From the NCBI RefSeq assembly GCF_000143415.4, contig NW_003314274.1, forward strand, positions 1,003,788 through 1,067,787: a DNA stretch of 64,000 nt. The letters run 5' to 3'. The position numbers and the translations under genes are program-made. Below the pieces are notes generated by a model, which was not told the origin of the DNA, made no database searches, and worked only from the letters and a program-made list of their open reading frames with translations. This document shows positions 59,861 to 64,000 of this stretch, piece after piece. How positions within the stretch are numbered: the stretch's first letter is position 1; the number at the start of each line of letters is the position of its first letter. The DNA comes from Selaginella moellendorffii (Eukaryota; Plantae; Lycopodiophyta).

Positions 59861-61366
59861 TCATCTTCTCATTCGCATTGTTGTCGATAGCATCACATAT
59901 GGAGTCGAGCTCTTGGAACCAGCCTCGAGAGCGTGTCTAGCTGCTTTGCTCCCGGTCTTCATATCACTGTGACTCTTCGAGGCCAGAAGCAAGCAGTTCC
60001 AGTCCATAGCCTCAGGGACAAACGGCATACTCCAGGCAAGCTCTCGAGCGTTTTCCAGATGCCCAGATCGGGCGAGTATGTCGATCATACAGCTAAAGTG
60101 GTGCTTGTTCGGTCTTAGATCATGGTCACCAGTCATGGACACAAAAAACTCCAGGCCAGCTTCTAAATCTCCAAGATGGCTGCAGCCAAGCAGCGCGCAA
60201 GTGAAAGAGGTCTCGTTGGGCATCACGCCCTCAACTTCCATGACCTTGAAGAGCTCCATGCACTCCTCCGAGTGCCCGTTTTGGGCATACGTCGTCATCA
60301 TCGCGTTCCACAGCGCCGTGTCCTGCCAGTGCTGTGGAGACGAATCGAAGACTCTCCGGCACTCTCCTAGCAGCCCGTTGCGAGCAAACGACGTGAGCAG
60401 CACGTTCCAGGACACGGAGTTGTGCTCCGGCATCTCCACAAACAGGAACTTTGCGTCGTCCATATACCAAGCCTGGGCATAGGCGGACACCATCGCTGTC
60501 CAAGACACGGTGCTCCTCTCGGGCATCCCGTCGAAGATGTTCTTGGCGAGCTCCAGGTGGTCGTTCTCCGAGTAAGCCACCAGCATGGCTGTCCAAGTTA
60601 CCATGTTCTTCTCCGGGCTGCTATCGAAGAAACACTTTGCATCCTCGAGTCTCTTCTTGTGGATATATGCCGTGAGCAGTGCATTCCAAGAGACCAAGTT
60701 CCACTCCGGAGCTGTGTCAAACATTCTCTTTGTTGCTTCCAGATGCCCGTTCTGGGCATATGCTCCAAGCATAGCTGTTCTTGACACGAAGTCTTGCAAA
60801 GGGGTCTCGTCGTATAAAAATTTTGCTTCTTCCGCATGGCCTTTCTGACCGAGTAAACTTATAATAACAGTCAATGAAACGAGATCTCTTTCCGGCATGG
60901 AGTGAAAGAGGTTTCTTGCGTTCAGCAAATGCCCAGATCCGGCATATGCTTCGAGCATGGCAGTCCATGAAATAAGATTCTGCAGGGGCATCTCAAAAAA
61001 AACAGCTTTAGCCTCTTCCAAATGATCGTTTTGCGCATAAGCGACTAAAATAGTGTTCCATGCGAAAAGGTTTTGCTGAGGCATTGCATTGAGAGACCTT
61101 TTGGTCTCTTCAAAATGCCCATTTGCGGCAAGTGCGGAGATCATCAGCACCCAGGAGTATGAATTCTTGTTGACGATCTCGTTAAAGACGCCTCTGGCGC
61201 TTTCGACACTTCCACACCTTCCATACATTTGGACCAACAAATTGGAGAGGTATCTGTAGTTGTCACTGGCAGCATGCAGGCTCTTTGAAATATAAGCATG
61301 GATGGCTCTTGCCTGTGCCAGGGACTCACAAGACCTTATTAGTTGTGCACAGGCATTTGTATCCAT
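59861..61366 (-). CDS. Pentatricopeptide repeat protein, PLS/E class (no DYW), 501 aa, intronless
   Basis: Intact ORF with tandem short PPR motifs (F..MPE.NLVSW.AML.AYAQ.GH) and the E-domain start MPFVPEAMDWNCLL. Confidence 0.92.
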   Translation of the reverse strand: MDTNACAQLIRSCESLAQARAIHAYISKSLHAASDNYRYLSNLLVQMYGRCGSVESARGVFNEIVNKNSYSWVLMISALAANGHFEETKRSLNAMPQQNLFAWNTILVAYAQNDHLEEAKAVFFEMPLQNLISWTAMLEAYAGSGHLLNARNLFHSMPERDLVSLTVIISLLGQKGHAEEAKFLYDETPLQDFVSRTAMLGAYAQNGHLEATKRMFDTAPEWNLVSWNALLTAYIHKKRLEDAKCFFDSSPEKNMVTWTAMLVAYSENDHLELAKNIFDGMPERSTVSWTAMVSAYAQAWYMDDAKFLFVEMPEHNSVSWNVLLTSFARNGLLGECRRVFDSSPQHWQDTALWNAMMTTYAQNGHSEECMELFKVMEVEGVMPNETSFTCALLGCSHLGDLEAGLEFFVSMTGDHDLRPNKHHFSCMIDILARSGHLENARELAWSMPFVPEAMDWNCLLLASKSHSDMKTGSKAARHALEAGSKSSTPYVMLSTTMRMRR

Positions 61367-61557
61367 GGTAGCATGGCATCCAAAGAAAAAGAAAAGAGCC
61401 TCTTTGGGATTTTTCCCGCCTTATTGTTTAAACACATATAGAATAGCCTTCACGCCGTTTCTCATCAATCGAGCATTCCACTTGGATCGCAGCTCCTTTC
61501 TTGTCAAATTTCTGGCACAGCATTTGTCAAGAGCGGTACACAATATTCTCGGAGATT

Positions 61558-61870
61558 TATATCCATCTCTTGCTCCTCGAGCTTGCACCAGCAACGATAT
61601 CTAACAGCCTTGGATTATTTTCGTATGACCAAACGTGGTAAGCTCGGGATCTTTGAAGACCAGGTTGACTTGATCTTACGCATCCTAGCATGTTGCAGAC
61701 TCCAAGCTTCATATCCATCTCTCGTTACGGCCAGAAACGATCTAGCAGCCTTGGATGTTCTCTCGTCAAACGTGTTAAGCTTGACAGGATCTATGGAGAC
61801 TTGATCTTACGCATCCTGCATTTTGCAGACTCCAAGCTTCATATCCATCCCTTGTTTCTGGAGCTTGTGC
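61558..61870 (+). repeat. Degenerate ~130-150-bp tandem repeat (2-3 units)
   Basis: GACTTGATCTTACGCATCCT..GCAGACTCCAAGCTTCATATCCATC at ~61667 and ~61798, with a partial unit at ~61558. Confidence 0.7.
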
Positions 61871-62589
61871 CTGCAATGATCCATTGCTGGTCGTGGTCAG
61901 AATCTTTCCATTGGAGACTATGATCTCACACATTCCAGTTGCGTGTTATAGAAAACCAACTCAAGGACGGCATGCATAACTAGCTTTGATGGTGTTTTTT
62001 TTCTTATTTTACATTGTTTCTTGTGTGTGTAGCTGATGAGAACGTCCTCTTTATCAAGTAAGCCCAAGGACAGCTGTGCCCACACTATCAAACACTTAGA
62101 CAAGATAAATTCTGGTGGTGAGAAGGTGAAATTAAAAGATTCCAAATGTATAAGCTTTAATGGCTATTTCAATGGTTTTGCATAATGTAGGTCTTTAGTG
62201 GTGGAATTGACTTGAAGAGTTTTGTATGGATAAAAACCACTAGTGTGTACCATGGATGAATTTGAGGTTGTTTTTCATTTAAGTTTTGCTTCTCGCTATG
62301 ACATAAAAAATGTTTGCATAAAATTTTATTTCTAACAATTGAAAATGATGCTGAAAGACATTGTCAAGTTGATGAATTATATTAAAGAGTTCCTCCAAAC
62401 TCTTTATAGACTGAGAATGATGCAAGTGTTACTATATACTCTCTTTATGAAAGTTATCAATGAAGTAGAATTTGTTTTGATTTGGATCTTTCATTGGAAC
62501 ATGATTAATCAAGTGAGTTAAGTTTTTCAATATAGGACAAACATAAGTTTCAAAAACATTTAAAGAGTCTTTTTGTAGAGAATTATAGT

Positions 62590-63060
62590 GATGAAACTTC
62601 TGCTAAAAATGTTGTAGAAAAGGTTAAGGCTGAGTTAAAAGAGGCTGAGGCTGAGTCAAAAAAGAAAGAGCCAGATGCTATAGCACTAAAGTGTAAGGCT
62701 CAGGAAGTTGAGATTAAGAATTTGTGAAGAGAAATTAAGAAAGAGAACAAAAAGAGGAAAAAAAAAAAGCTAAAGCAACTAAACCAACTAGATCTAAACA
62801 ACTAAATTCCTTTTTAAGTTCTGAGGATGATGAAATTTTGCAACCACCTTTGGTTGTATAAATTTCAAAGTTCAAGCCTTCAAAACTACCCAATTTTAAA
62901 AGCATGTGGGATTATCAGGTTTTGGAAGATTAGGTTTACGATATAGAAAATTATTTCGTACTGGTAGACATAAATAATTGTATGAAAGTTGTGTGCACGC
63001 AATCTTTTTTCACTGATTATACCAAAACTTTGGTTAAATCTTCCATAACTTTGAGATAAA
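62590..63060 (+). mobile_element. Retrotransposon gag remnant
   Basis: Coiled-coil K/E-rich stretch followed by KFKPSKLPNFKSMWDYQVLED*VYDIENYF, a gypsy Gag-like segment. Confidence 0.55.
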
Positions 63061-63395
63061 ATCTCTTTCTGAAATGTTGAATCTTGGCAATTACATACTG
63101 CAAAGTCTCATATTTGTCACACTCGCCACTCCCAGTCTTCCCATCAAAGCCCTCAGCTCTATTGCCCTTGCATTGTCACATCCCCAACTTCTTGGTAGTT
63201 CCAGCCTGTCACAACTGAAGATGCTCCTAGAATATACCTGGATGTGTCCTCCATCTCAAGAGCAACAGAGTTTTCTACTGTTTTTGATCCATGCTGCCTC
63301 TTGGGGCACCTGAAGAAAAGAATCCATACCTGTTTTCGAATTTTTTAACTAGGAAAAGAATGTGAAGCAAGTATTTATTATAATAAACCCTAAGC

Positions 63396-64000
63396 TTATT
63401 TGACCGGCATTGACTGCCATTTCATGGCCGTGGACACAAGGACGTATGGCGCCGCCGAGTTGACCCTCTCCAGCTTGGCGGCGTGCCTGGCGGCGCGCCC
63501 GGCGTCAAGGTGCCTCTTGCAAGCCCCCACCAAGCACCGCCAGTCCACATCATCTGGAACAAACGGCATGGCCGCCACGAGATCTTCCGCCTCGCCCACT
63601 CGCCCCGCTCGTCCCAGCGCGTCCACCACGCACGAAAAGTGCTGCTTGTGTGGCCTCAGCCACCGATCCTCCACCATCGCCACCATCCAGCTCCAAGCAC
63701 CGCCCACGTCCCCGGCTTGGCTACAAGCCGCCATCACCGAAACCAGCGACGTCTCGTTCGCCGCCACCCCCTCGGCCTCCATCTCGCGAAGAACTCCCAC
63801 AGTCTCCTCCACCTCCCTGCTGTTGTGCGCCTTCGCGGCGAGCATCGCGTTCCACACCGATCCGTGCTGCCTCTCCGGGCACCGCTCCAGCAGCCTCCGT
63901 GAGCTCGCCAAGTCCCCGGCTTGGCCATAGCCGATGACCATCGAGCTCCACGAGAGAGCGTCCCTCTCCACCATCGCGTCGAACAAGCTCTTGGCACCGG
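63396..64000 (-). CDS. PPR protein (PLS/E class), 3' part; start lies beyond the window
   Basis: LFDAMVERDALSWSSMV...HFSCVVDALGRAG...MPFVPDDVDWRCLVGAC. Confidence 0.88.
   Translation of the reverse strand, partial: GAKSLFDAMVERDALSWSSMVIGYGQAGDLASSRRLLERCPERQHGSVWNAMLAAKAHNSREVEETVGVLREMEAEGVAANETSLVSVMAACSQAGDVGGAWSWMVAMVEDRWLRPHKQHFSCVVDALGRAGRVGEAEDLVAAMPFVPDDVDWRCLVGACKRHLDAGRAARHAAKLERVNSAAPYVLVSTAMKWQSMPVK

Noticed and set aside
61730-61770. LAALDVL peptide similar to the MutS domain III motif
   Set aside because: It is a short match inside a degenerate tandem repeat with no other MutS similarity.

Overview
Eukaryotic plant nuclear DNA. Introns of about 45-70 nt, very dense gene packing and PLS-class PPR genes point to a lycophyte such as Selaginella (inference). 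1-~10.4 kb: part of a large decaying DNA transposon. It carries a Sola1-like DDD transposase (+), a divergent ParB-like gene (-) whose C-terminus resembles a degenerate beta-class DNA methyltransferase, and about 18 copies of a 24-bp palindrome (consensus AATGGCRTGWGGCCWCAYGCCATT). 10.4-25 kb: Ty3/gypsy (chromovirus) debris, a 100-N gap and a young, complete, non-coding LTR element (17686-24954, AATAG TSD, Met-tRNA PBS, PPT). 25-51 kb: a dense gene island with neprosin, CKS1, a ginkgotide-like hevein peptide, EMS1 LRR-RLK, TFCB, argC, VHA-E, a HAD phosphatase, PATROL1 and an organelle-targeted DEDDh exonuclease-MutS1-(DnaX tau-C-like) fusion gene. 51-64 kb: PPR genes and pseudogenes mixed with gypsy remnants. 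The two best candidates for new biology are the ParB/palindrome-bearing transposon and the exonuclease-MutS fusion. All domain calls are by-eye motif recognition; no searches were run.
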